NCBI GenBank assembly: GCA_963849085.1 | Contig: CAWKFP010000007.1 | Coordinates: 20,893-84,892, forward strand | Reading direction: 5' to 3' | Origin: an uncultured Solirubrobacteraceae bacterium | Lineage (GTDB): Bacteria > Actinomycetota > Thermoleophilia > Solirubrobacterales > Solirubrobacteraceae | DNA length: 64,000 nucleotides | Part shown: piece after piece, positions 48,418 through 59,833 of the stretch | How the letters are laid out: each line of letters begins with the position of its first letter | Numbering within the stretch: position 1 is the first letter of the stretch | The notes under the pieces: model-generated | Told to the model about the DNA's origin: nothing | Databases searched by the model: none | The model's input: the letters and a program-made list of their open reading frames with translations, nothing else | Translations under genes and position numbers: made by a program

Positions 48418-49620
48418 CTATCCGCCGCCGGTCAGCCGAGCGTAGGCGCCCGCCTCGGAGTGCACGACGCCCAGCAGGTTCCCGAGCTCGATGTTGGCGT
48501 CGATGAGATGCAGTCCCCACGTCGGGTCCGGACTCGGGGTCGCCACCTGGGCGCCCCTGCGCGCGCGGATCATGAGGACCTCGGCGCCGTTGCTGTCCTC
48601 GCAGCGCGCGCTGTAGGCGCCCGGCTCGGCGAGGAAGGTGGTCGGCGGATGCGGCTGGGTCAGATGCAGCAGCCCGATCCCGGCGGCGATCAGCGTGCCG
48701 GGCGCGAACGGCGCCGACGGGAAGATCGGATCGGCCAGCCCCGATCCACCGGCCAGCGCCGCCGGGTTCGTGCACAGAACCGCGTCGCCGCGGACCGTCG
48801 TGCGGCCGAAGATGCTGTTCGACGGCGGCGTGCGGTCGAAGGTCGAGTACGCGATCACACAGCTCAGCTGGGTCGCCGAGCGGCAGGCCGGGATGTGCCG
48901 GAACGTGCCGCCGACGTCCGATCCGCGCCGGACGAGCACGTTGCCGCCGAGCAGGATCGCCGACAGCAGCCGGCGGCGGACGGCGGGTACGGGGTCGACG
49001 TCCTTGGCGATCAGCTGCTCGAGCACGAACGAGCCCTGCGAATGGCCGATCAGCACGAACCCGCGTCCGTGGTTGTAGCGGCGCAGATACGTGGCGAACG
49101 CCGCGCGGACGTCGTTCACCGGGGTGTCGAGCTGCCGGGGCGACTCGTGATCGCCGGACTGCAGCGCGGGCACGGTGACCTGGCGATACATCGGCGCGAA
49201 CACCCGGCAGTACTGCGAATAGCGGGCGACCTGGTAGAGGGCGATCGAGCGCTCCTCGGGATCGATCTGGAGGTTGGCGAGCGTCGTCTTCTGATCGGAG
49301 ACCGTCGGATAGACGTAGAAGCAGTCGATCGGCGGCGGCTCGACGCGGCGCGGATGGGCGACACCGAGCCGCTCCCGGGCCGGCGAGTAGATCGTCGTCG
49401 TCAGGTTGACGCTGCACGGGTTCGGCGTCAGCCCGGGCCGGCACAGCCAGACGACCCGCGCGGCGGCAGGCGCGGCGGCGACCATGGCGGCGGCGAGCAT
49501 CAGCGCGACGGCGAGCATCAGCGCGACGGCGAGGGCAGGGCCGAGGCCCGGGGCGAATGACCGGCCGAGCGCCGGCGCGGGCCGGTGCGAGGCGGAGATC
49601 GGTGTCGAACGGGCGGTCAC
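48418..49620 (-). CDS. secreted DUF3089 lipase-like alpha/beta hydrolase
   Basis: PIDCFYVYPTV, GHSQGS nucleophile elbow. GTG 49620 overlaps the amidase TGA (GTGA). The signal peptide contains an 18-bp tandem duplication. Confidence 0.75.
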   Translation of the reverse strand: MTARSTPISASHRPAPALGRSFAPGLGPALAVALMLAVALMLAAAMVAAAPAAARVVWLCRPGLTPNPCSVNLTTTIYSPARERLGVAHPRRVEPPPIDCFYVYPTVSDQKTTLANLQIDPEERSIALYQVARYSQYCRVFAPMYRQVTVPALQSGDHESPRQLDTPVNDVRAAFATYLRRYNHGRGFVLIGHSQGSFVLEQLIAKDVDPVPAVRRRLLSAILLGGNVLVRRGSDVGGTFRHIPACRSATQLSCVIAYSTFDRTPPSNSIFGRTTVRGDAVLCTNPAALAGGSGLADPIFPSAPFAPGTLIAAGIGLLHLTQPHPPTTFLAEPGAYSARCEDSNGAEVLMIRARRGAQVATPSPDPTWGLHLIDANIELGNLLGVVHSEAGAYARLTGGG

Positions 49621-51038
49621 GAGATCGGCGGTCGCTGCTGGGCCCACGGCGTCGCCGCCTCGATCTGTGCGGCCAGCGCGTACAGAACGTCCTCGGCGCC
49701 CAGCCTACCGATCAACTGGACGCTGAGCGGAAGTCCATCGGAGCCGATTCCGGCGGGAATCGCGATCGCCGGCTGACCGGTCAGGTTGACGACCGGCGTA
49801 TACGGGATGAAGCGCGCGGCGAGGTCGAGGGCGACCGGCGCGGACTTCCCGTAGCCGCCGGCCGCCGGCAGGGCGGTCCGGGACAGCGTCGGCGTCAGCA
49901 CGACATCGACCTCGTCCCACAACGCCATGATCCGCGCGCTCGTCGCCGCTCGGCCGGCGATCAGCGCGCGCCGGCGACGCGGCGGCACGAGCCGGTGCCC
50001 GGCGGCGGCCATCTGCCGCGTGCTGCGCGCCAGCGTCCGCCGGTCGGGCAGCGTCAGGGTCTGCTCGTAGATCCCGCGCATGAAGTTCTGCGTGAACTCC
50101 AGCGAGGCCATGCCGTACGCCGGATCACGCTCGCTGACCTCGTGGCCGAGCGAGTCCAGCAGCGCGCCCGTGCGCTCCCAGGCCCCGCGCTGGTCGGCCG
50201 ACAACCGGGCGAGCACGCCCGCTGGAACCTTGCGTGAGACGGCGATCCGCAGGCGGCCGGGCGCGGCCGCGGCGGCCGCCACATAGCTGCCGGTGAAGGG
50301 CGGCGCAGGCGAGGGATCGGCGGGCAGCGAGCCGTGCAGGACGTCGAGCAGCAGCGCGCTGTCGGCCACGGTCCGCGCCAGCGCGCCGTACACGACGAGG
50401 CCGAGCCAGCCACCGTCGCCGGGCTGGGTCGAGACGCGACCGCGGGTCGACTTCATGCCGACGAGGCCGCAGCAGGCCGCGGGGATGCGGATCGATCCGC
50501 CGCCGTCGGACCCGGTCGCCGCCGCCGCCATTCCCGAGGCGACGGCCGCGGCGGACCCGCCGGAGGAGCCACCCGGCGTGCGGGCGGGATTCCAGGGGTT
50601 GCGGGTGACGCCGTTGGCGTCGCTCGCCGTCCACGGGAACATCATCAGCTCGGGGACATTCGTCACGCCGAGCGGGATCGCGCCCGCGGCGCGCAGGCGG
50701 CGCAGCACCTCGGCGTCGGCGGTCGCCGGAGGCCCGTAGCTCCGGGTGCCGTACGTCGTCGACTGGCCGGCGAACGGGATGTCGTCCTTGACGGCGATCG
50801 GGACGCCGGCGAGCGGGAGGCCGGCGAGGGCGTCCGGGTCCGCCGCGAGGGCGTCGGCCTCGGCGAGGGCCTGCTCGGGACGGGTCACGCGAAACGCGTT
50901 CAGGCGCGGATCAAGCGCGTCGATGCGGCCCAGGAAGTGCTCGACGACCTCACGCGGATGCAGCTGCCCGCCGCGCACGAGCGCGGCCAGCGCGGCCGGG
51001 CCGGCGAAGGCGAGATCGCTGTCGGCGGTGGCCGTCAT
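49617..51038 (-). CDS. amidase (amidase-signature family)
   Basis: GGSSGGSAAAVASGMAAAATGSDGGGSIRIPAACCGLVGMK. ATGA overlap with the upstream gene. Confidence 0.9.
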   Translation of the reverse strand: MTATADSDLAFAGPAALAALVRGGQLHPREVVEHFLGRIDALDPRLNAFRVTRPEQALAEADALAADPDALAGLPLAGVPIAVKDDIPFAGQSTTYGTRSYGPPATADAEVLRRLRAAGAIPLGVTNVPELMMFPWTASDANGVTRNPWNPARTPGGSSGGSAAAVASGMAAAATGSDGGGSIRIPAACCGLVGMKSTRGRVSTQPGDGGWLGLVVYGALARTVADSALLLDVLHGSLPADPSPAPPFTGSYVAAAAAAPGRLRIAVSRKVPAGVLARLSADQRGAWERTGALLDSLGHEVSERDPAYGMASLEFTQNFMRGIYEQTLTLPDRRTLARSTRQMAAAGHRLVPPRRRRALIAGRAATSARIMALWDEVDVVLTPTLSRTALPAAGGYGKSAPVALDLAARFIPYTPVVNLTGQPAIAIPAGIGSDGLPLSVQLIGRLGAEDVLYALAAQIEAATPWAQQRPPIS

Positions 51039-52090
51039 TCGCCCAGCGCGGTCACGAGCTCGCGGATCGCCCCCGGATAGCGATAGGAGATCCCGCCGTG
51101 CCCGCCCTCGAAGAGCTCGAGCGAGTGCTCGATGCCGAGCCGCGTCAGCTCACGCGACACGGCCTGGGCGCCGAGGTCCAGGAAATACTCGTCCTGCTTG
51201 CCGGCGTCGAGGTAGATGCGCCGCATGCCCCGCAGGGCGTCGGCGTGGGGCTCGACCATCCGTACCGGGTCCAGCGCCAGCCAGCGCTCCCAGATCTCCG
51301 GCCGCAGCCGTCCGGTCGACACCTCGAAGGGCAGCAGCGGCCTGCCCGGGCGCTCGGGGTCAGGGGTGTACGCGCACGCGTAGGCGTACATCGAGATGGC
51401 GTCCCCGTAGCGCCCCCAGTCGAAGCTCGGCTCGTGCTCCAATCGCCGCCACAGCTCGTCGTAGGAGCCGTCGAACTCATCGCGCAGTCGTCGCGCGATG
51501 ACCGGGAAATCCCGCAGATAGCAGCACTCGAACAGCGCGTCGCCGGCATGCGAGGCCAGCCCGCCGAACACATCGGGACGCAGCATCGGCACGACCATCG
51601 CGCCGTAGCCGCCCGAGGACTTGCCGGCGATCCCGCGGTGATCTCGGCCGGCGAGCGTCGGATAGCGCTCGTCGACGAACGGGACGATCTCGTCGCAGAG
51701 ATGATCCAGGTAACGGCCGGTGCTCGACGAGTTCAGGAACTGTGAGCCGCCGAGCTTCGTCCAGGCGTCGACGAACACGATGACGGCGTCCGGGCACTCC
51801 CCGGCGGCGAACATCGCGTCGAGGCGCTCGACCATCGTCGGCGCGAACGGAGCCCGGGACAGCCACATGTCGACCTGGCCCGAGTATCCCTGGATGACGT
51901 ACACCGACGGCACCCGCGCGCCGCCCGTGACCGCGCCCGGAGAGCTGTAGACGTACAGCGGCCGTCGGGTGGGATCGTCCAGCGGGTTGCCGGCCAGCAC
52001 CTCGGACTCCACGACCAGCTGATCCAGGGATCCGCTCAGGGGACGCGCCCAGGGCGGACCGGCCGGCTCGGCGACCTCTCGCACGCTCAT
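51035..52090 (-). CDS. esterase family protein (esterase D / enterochelin-esterase-like fold)
   Basis: GKSSGGYGA nucleophile motif, PF00756-like layout. GTGAGGAC SD before ATG 52090. Confidence 0.75.
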   Translation of the reverse strand: MSVREVAEPAGPPWARPLSGSLDQLVVESEVLAGNPLDDPTRRPLYVYSSPGAVTGGARVPSVYVIQGYSGQVDMWLSRAPFAPTMVERLDAMFAAGECPDAVIVFVDAWTKLGGSQFLNSSSTGRYLDHLCDEIVPFVDERYPTLAGRDHRGIAGKSSGGYGAMVVPMLRPDVFGGLASHAGDALFECCYLRDFPVIARRLRDEFDGSYDELWRRLEHEPSFDWGRYGDAISMYAYACAYTPDPERPGRPLLPFEVSTGRLRPEIWERWLALDPVRMVEPHADALRGMRRIYLDAGKQDEYFLDLGAQAVSRELTRLGIEHSLELFEGGHGGISYRYPGAIRELVTALGE

Positions 52091-52177
52091 GTCCTCACGC
52101 TATCTCAGAAACGGTCGGGTGAGGTCGCGGTGAGCCATCCGTGCTGTGAGGGTATGATCGCCCGTGGTTCACCGTAG

Positions 52178-54879
<2,702 letters not shown>

Positions 54880-54883
<4 letters not shown>

Positions 54884-56265
54884 GTGTGAGCACGACACAG
54901 GTCGAAGTCCCTGACATCGGCGACTTCGACGACGTCCCGATCATCGAGATCCTCGTCACGGTCGGCGACACCGTCGCCGCCGAGGACCCGCTCGTCACGC
55001 TCGAGTCCGACAAGGCGACGATGGATGTGCCCGCGCCGTTCGGCGGCGTCGTGCGGGAGATCGTCGTCAAGGTCGGCGACCGGGTCGCGCAGGGCAGCGT
55101 GCTGATGACGATCGAGGGCGGCGACGGGGACGCCGGCGCGGGCGAGCCGGCCGAGCAGGCCGCGGCCGCCGCCCAGTCGTCCGCCCCCGCCACGACGCCC
55201 TCCGAGGATCTGGAGGTGGCCGAGCAGGAGTCCCCGTCCGCACCGGCGGCCTCGTCTGGCGCGGGGGCCGGACGGTCCGAGTCGTCCGAGTCCTCGGCCA
55301 GCCCGGAGCCCGCCGTGCGCTCCAACGGCGGAGGGCCGATCTACGCCAGCCCGTCGGCCCGGCGCCTCGCCCGTGAGCTCGGTGTGGCGCTCGTGGGCGT
55401 GACCGGCAGCGGCCGCAAGGGGCGGATCACCAAGGACGACGTCGAGCGCCTGGCGAAGGACGGCCCGGACGGCGGTGCCGGCACCGCGGCGGACGGCGGC
55501 GCTCGCAGCGCGGCGACCGGTTCGGGCATCGGCCTCGACCTGTTGCCGTGGCCGAGCGTCGACTTCTCCAAGCACGGGCCGATCGAGCGCGTCGCGCGGT
55601 CGCGGATCCAGAAGATCTCGGCGCCGAACCTCGCCCGCAACTGGGTGATGATCCCCCACGTCACCCACAACGACGAGGCCGACATCACCGACCTGGAGGC
55701 GTGGCGCAAGCGGCTCAACGACGAGCACACGCGCGAGGGCGTCAAGTTCACGATGGTGACCTTCCTGGTGGCGGCCTGCGTCGCCGTGCTCAAGCGCCAT
55801 CCGATCGTCAACTCGTCGCTGGACGGCGACGACCTCGTCCTCAAGCAGTACTACAACATCGGCTTCGCCGCCGACACGCCCAACGGGCTCGTCGTCCCGG
55901 TCATCAAGGGGGCCGACGGCAAGGGTCTGAAGGAGATCGCCGCGGACCTGACGACGCTCTCGGGCAAGGCGCGCGACGGCAAGCTCGGCCCCGGCGACAT
56001 GAGCGGCGCGACGTTCACCATCTCGTCGCTCGGCGGGATCGGCGGCACGAGCTTCACTCCGATCGTCAACGCGCCCGAGGTGGCGATCCTCGGGGTCACC
56101 CGTTCGACGATGAAGCCGGTGTGGAACGGATCGGAGTTCGTGCCGCGCCTGATGGTCCCGCTGTCGCTGTCCTATGACCACCGGGTGATCGACGGCGCGG
56201 CCGCGGCGCGGTTCGTTGCCGATCTCGTCACGGTGCTCTCGGATCTGCGCAGGGCGCTGCTGTGA
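54880..56265 (+). CDS. aceF: dihydrolipoamide acetyltransferase E2 (one lipoyl domain, PSBD, catalytic domain)
   Basis: Lipoyl LESDKATMDVPAP, PSBD ASPSARRLARELGV, catalytic SYDHRVIDGA. ATGA overlap with aceE. Confidence 0.92.
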
Positions 56266-58025
56266 GCAGCACCGAGGTCCGCGTCCCGGACATCGGGGAC
56301 TTCGGCGATGTCCCGATCATCGAGATCCTCGTCGCGGTCGGCGACGAGGTCGCCGTCGAGGATCCGCTCGTCACGCTCGAGTCCGACAAGGCGACGATGG
56401 ACGTGCCGGCGCCGCTGGCGGGCACGGTCGTCTCGCTGGCGGTGGCGATCGGCGACCGGGTCTCGGAGGGCAGCGTGCTGATGACCGTCGAGCCGAGCAA
56501 CGGCTCCGGGCCGGCCGACGGCGACGGGGTGCCGATCGAGGAGCCGACCAGCGCGCAGGTCGCCGTCGTCTCCGAGGCCGGCCCGCCTGCGGACGCCGCC
56601 GCCGCCGGTGATCGTGACTTCCAGGTCGTCGTGCTCGGCGCCGGGCCGGGCGGGTACACCGCGGCCTTTCGCGCCGCCGACCTCGGGCTGCGGGTGGCGC
56701 TGATCGAGCGCCACGAGCGGCTCGGCGGCGTCTGCCTCAACGTCGGCTGCATCCCCTCCAAGGCGCTTCTGCACGCCGCGCGCGTCGTCGCCGAGACCGA
56801 GGAGATGGCAGCCCACGGCATCGCCTTCGGTGCGCCGTCGATCGACCTGGAGAAGCTCATCGGCTGGAAGACCGGGGTCGTCGACCGTCTGACCAAGGGA
56901 CTGTCCGGGCTCGCCAAGCAGCGCGGCGTCGAGGTCGTGCACGGCGAGGCGCGCTTCACCGGGCCGACCACGGTGCGCGTCGGCGAGCGGGAGATCAGCT
57001 TCGAGAACTGCATCATCGCCGCCGGTTCACGGTCGGCCATGATCCCCGGTCTGCCCGACGACGAGCGGGTGATCGACTCGACCGGCGCGCTGTCGCCGAC
57101 GGCGATCCCCAAGCGGATGCTCGTCATCGGCGGCGGGATCATCGGCCTGGAGATGGCCTGCGTATACGATGCCCTGGGCGCCGACGTGACCGTCGTGGAG
57201 ATGCTGGACCAGCTCATCCCCGGCGCCGATCCCGACCTCGTGCGCCCGCTCGCCAAGCGCATCGGCGCGCGCTATGACGACGTGCTGCTCGGCACCCGCG
57301 TGGAGAGCGTCACCGCCCAGAAGAAGGGGCTGAAGGTCGAGATCGCCGGCTCGCCGGCGCGCGTCTTCGATCAGGTTCTGGTGGCGGTCGGCCGAGTGCC
57401 GAACGGCCACGTGATCGACGCGCAGGCGGCCGGCGTCGCCGTCGACGAGCGCGGGTTCATCGCGGTCGACACCCAGATGCGCACCGGGGTGCCCGGGATC
57501 TTCGCCATCGGCGACATCGTCGGCGGCCCGATGCTCGCCCACAAGGCGACGCACGAGGGCAAGGTGGCCGCCGAGGTGATCGCCGGCCATGACGTCACCT
57601 TCGATGCCAGGACGATCCCGTCGGTCGCCTACACCGATCCCGAGGTGGCCTGGATGGGGCTGACCGAGACCGAGGCCAAGGCGTCCGGAGCCGAGTTCGA
57701 GAAGGCATCGTTCCCGTGGGCCGCGTCCGGCCGGGCGCTCGCCCTCGGGCGCGAGGAGGGGCTGACCAAGCTGTTGCTGGAGCCCGGCACACGGCGGGTG
57801 CTCGGCTGCGGGATCGTCGGCGTCGGCGCGGGTGACCTGATCGCCGAGGCGGTGCACGCGCTCGAGATGGGCGCCGATGCCGAGGACCTGGCGCTGACCA
57901 TCCATCCGCATCCGACGCTGTCGGAGACGGTCGGGTTCGCCGCCGAGCTCGCCGAGGGCTCGATCACCGACATGATCTCCCCCGCCGCGGCGGCCGCCGC
58001 CCGCGCCCGGCGCTCGGCCGGCTGA
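56262..58025 (+). CDS. lpd: dihydrolipoyl dehydrogenase E3 with N-terminal lipoyl domain
   Basis: N-terminal 80-aa lipoyl domain (LESDKATMDVPAP), then GAGPGGY, the redox disulfide GGVCLNVGCIPSK and HPHPTLSE. GTGA overlap with E2. Confidence 0.92.
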   Translation: MSSTEVRVPDIGDFGDVPIIEILVAVGDEVAVEDPLVTLESDKATMDVPAPLAGTVVSLAVAIGDRVSEGSVLMTVEPSNGSGPADGDGVPIEEPTSAQVAVVSEAGPPADAAAAGDRDFQVVVLGAGPGGYTAAFRAADLGLRVALIERHERLGGVCLNVGCIPSKALLHAARVVAETEEMAAHGIAFGAPSIDLEKLIGWKTGVVDRLTKGLSGLAKQRGVEVVHGEARFTGPTTVRVGEREISFENCIIAAGSRSAMIPGLPDDERVIDSTGALSPTAIPKRMLVIGGGIIGLEMACVYDALGADVTVVEMLDQLIPGADPDLVRPLAKRIGARYDDVLLGTRVESVTAQKKGLKVEIAGSPARVFDQVLVAVGRVPNGHVIDAQAAGVAVDERGFIAVDTQMRTGVPGIFAIGDIVGGPMLAHKATHEGKVAAEVIAGHDVTFDARTIPSVAYTDPEVAWMGLTETEAKASGAEFEKASFPWAASGRALALGREEGLTKLLLEPGTRRVLGCGIVGVGAGDLIAEAVHALEMGADAEDLALTIHPHPTLSETVGFAAELAEGSITDMISPAAAAAARARRSAG

Positions 58026-58054
58026 CCGCCTGCCGGCGGCTGCCCTCGGCCGTC

Positions 58055-58166
58055 GCGCGCGCCTCGTCCCGCGCGTCTCGTCCCGCGCGCCTCGTACCTC
58101 GCGCCTCGTACCTCGCGCCTCGTACCTCGCGCCTCGTCCCTCGCGCCTCGCGCCTCGCGCCTCGCC
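58055..58166. repeat. 14-bp tandem repeat CCTCGCGCCTCGTA (degenerate copies, then 7-bp CGCCTCG copies)
   Basis: Perfect copies at 58097-58110 and 58111-58124, flanked by 13/14 copies. It fills most of the gap between the convergent stops at 58025 and 58184. Confidence 0.9.
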
Positions 58167-58183
58167 CGCGACCCTACCGGCGC

Positions 58184-59110
58184 TCAGGCCGCGCTCAGCA
58201 GGCGGGCGAGATCACGGGCCACCCCGGCCGGCTCGTCGGTGAGCCGGCGCGCCGTGACGCGGACGGTGCGCACCCCGATCAGCGCGAGCTCGGTGTCGCG
58301 CCGACGATCGGTCTCGAACGCCCGGCGGTCCCTGTGCCACATCCAGCCGTCGATCTCGACGACGAGCCGCTGCGCCGGCCAATAGGCGTCGACCAGCCGG
58401 CCCGCGACGAGCACGTTCGTCCGGGGCTCGGGCAGCCGGGCGACGCGGACGAGCTCCAGCAGCGCGCCCTCCGCGGGTGACTGGATCCACGGCGGCTCGT
58501 CGTCGAGCTCGGCCAGGACGGCGCGCAGCCGGGTGACGCCCGCGCGGCCGCCGGCGCGGCCGAGCACGTCGTCCAGCCCGCGAAGATCGAGCCGGCCGCA
58601 ACGCTGGGCCTGCTCGGCGATCGAGCGCAGGCGCTGCGCGCTGACGGTGGACAGGCCGGCGAGATCGAGCAGGGTGCGGCTGACGGTGGCGACCGGGATC
58701 GCGTCGAGGATCGTGGTGTCGCTGCCCGCGACGATCAGGCGGCTGGCGTGGCTGTGGATGCCGGGGATCGTTCGGCGGCTCGGGCCGGTGACGTCGATGT
58801 CGCCGCCGCCGACGGGGATCAGGTCGTGGAGCGCGGCCGCGGCGCGGTGGCTGAGGAAGGCGCCGTCCCCGCAGGCCAGAACGGCGGCCAGCCAGCGCCC
58901 GCGAACGGTCAGCCGGGTGTGGCCGACGGCGTAGACGCCGCGGTGCAGGCGGTGCAGGCGGCCGGTGCCCGCCCGCGTTTTGAGCGCCTGGACCGAGTAG
59001 CCAAGGCAGCTTAATTGGGCGCGGGAGACAACGCCGTGCTGCCGGGCGGCCAGGGCCGCCAGTGGTGTGTCGTCTGGTGGTTGATATTCAACCTCAGATC
59101 GCGCCACCAC
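58184..59110 (-). CDS. DUF559 (Vsr-like endonuclease fold) protein with AbiEi-like N-terminal HTH
   Basis: N-terminus QHGVVSRAQL...RLHRLHRGVYAV. C-terminus VDAYWPAQRLVVEIDGWMWH...RRDTELALIG. The GTG start at 59110 is uncertain because the first codons are low in third-position GC. Confidence 0.7.
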   Translation of the reverse strand: MVARSEVEYQPPDDTPLAALAARQHGVVSRAQLSCLGYSVQALKTRAGTGRLHRLHRGVYAVGHTRLTVRGRWLAAVLACGDGAFLSHRAAAALHDLIPVGGGDIDVTGPSRRTIPGIHSHASRLIVAGSDTTILDAIPVATVSRTLLDLAGLSTVSAQRLRSIAEQAQRCGRLDLRGLDDVLGRAGGRAGVTRLRAVLAELDDEPPWIQSPAEGALLELVRVARLPEPRTNVLVAGRLVDAYWPAQRLVVEIDGWMWHRDRRAFETDRRRDTELALIGVRTVRVTARRLTDEPAGVARDLARLLSAA

Positions 59111-59156
59111 CAGAGGATCGCGGCCGGGCGGTCATCCGCAAGGCACGAGCGGTGAC

Positions 59157-59672
59157 TTAAGTGGAACGTCTGCGCCAGAAGAGCGTCACGAGCAACGCGA
59201 GTGTGACGGCGCCCGCGACAGCGGCGCTCCAGGACCGCCCAGGGGAGGCTCGCGTGGGCGCCGGCGCCGGCGCCGGCGAGGACGGGGGCGGGGCGGGCAT
59301 CGCGAACTCCTCGGCCGCGAGCACGTCGTGCGGCTCGGCAATGCCGGTCGGATCCTCGGGTAGGACGACCGCGTGGTGATGATGGTGGAGGATCGGATCC
59401 GGGGCCGGCACGCCGAACTCCTCGGCGGCGAGGATGTCGTGCGCGGGGTCGCGGTGCAGGCGCCGATCCGGGGCCGGCACGCCGAACTCCTCGGCGGCCA
59501 GGATGTCGTGCGCGGGGTCACGGTGCAGGCGCCGGTCCGGGGCCGGCACGCCGAACTCCTCGGCGGCGAGGATGTCGTGCGCGGGGTCGCGGTGCAGCCG
59601 CCGATCGGGCGCGGGCACGCCGAACTCCTCCGCGGCCAGGATGTCGTGGGCCTCGTCGTCGCGCTCCGCCAT
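59157..59672 (-). CDS. tail-anchored repeat protein with 5 HD(I/V)LAAEEF-x-x-PAP units; no recognised family
   Basis: ATG 59672 with GGAG SD (ATG 59690 is an alternative). Three perfect 23-aa units, a fourth ending in HHHHH and a fifth diverged unit. C-terminal TM AAVAGAVTLALLVTLFW followed by RRRST. Confidence 0.7.
   Translation of the reverse strand: MAERDDEAHDILAAEEFGVPAPDRRLHRDPAHDILAAEEFGVPAPDRRLHRDPAHDILAAEEFGVPAPDRRLHRDPAHDILAAEEFGVPAPDPILHHHHHAVVLPEDPTGIAEPHDVLAAEEFAMPAPPPSSPAPAPAPTRASPGRSWSAAVAGAVTLALLVTLFWRRRST
59287..59650 (-). repeat. 69-bp coding tandem repeats (units at 59397-59465, 59466-59534, 59535-59603, a partial unit to about 59650, and a diverged copy at about 59287-59340)
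   Basis: The units differ only at synonymous sites within the shared core. Confidence 0.9.
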
Positions 59673-59745
59673 CGGCTCCGATGATCCCATACCCGGGAGG
59701 CGATCGCCGGGTCATCCGAGGCCGCCACATCACCCCACCCTGATA

Positions 59746-59768
59746 ATCTCAGTGACCTTGACTGAGAT
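59746..59768. promoter_or_regulatory. perfect palindrome ATCTCAGT-N7-ACTGAGAT (HAIR-like geometry) in the lon / repeat-protein divergent region
   Basis: 8-bp arms with a 7-nt spacer. It sits next to GATAAT (59742-59747), has TTGACT embedded at 59758-59763, and TATTCT lies at 59784-59789. Confidence 0.55.
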
Positions 59769-59833
59769 CCTCCGACCCCGTGGTATTCTGTGCTTATCGT
59801 GCGTAAGCAACTACTGAAAGTGAAGATAGCCCC

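Noticed and set aside
48356-49444. The 838-aa version of the P450 ORF (46928-49444).
   Set aside because: The upstream 363 codons run antisense-free but out of context across the DUF3089 gene and are Arg/Pro-rich. A normal-length P450 (475 aa) starts at ATG 48355.
52130-52158. Candidate aceE promoter (GTGAGC-17 nt-TATGAT).
   Set aside because: The -10 element is plausible, but the -35 matches only 3 of 6 positions. That is too weak to list as a feature without TSS data.
58184-59110. The DUF559/AbiEi-like gene as a mobile element or toxin-antitoxin module.
   Set aside because: There is no partner toxin gene (AbiEii), no integrase or transposase, and no flanking inverted or direct repeats apart from the unrelated 14-bp minisatellite.
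59758-59789. TTGACT (59758-59763) plus TATTCT (59784-59789) as a standard lon promoter.
   Set aside because: The spacer is 20 nt, too long for a canonical sigma-70 pair. I keep the hexamers only as context for the palindrome.
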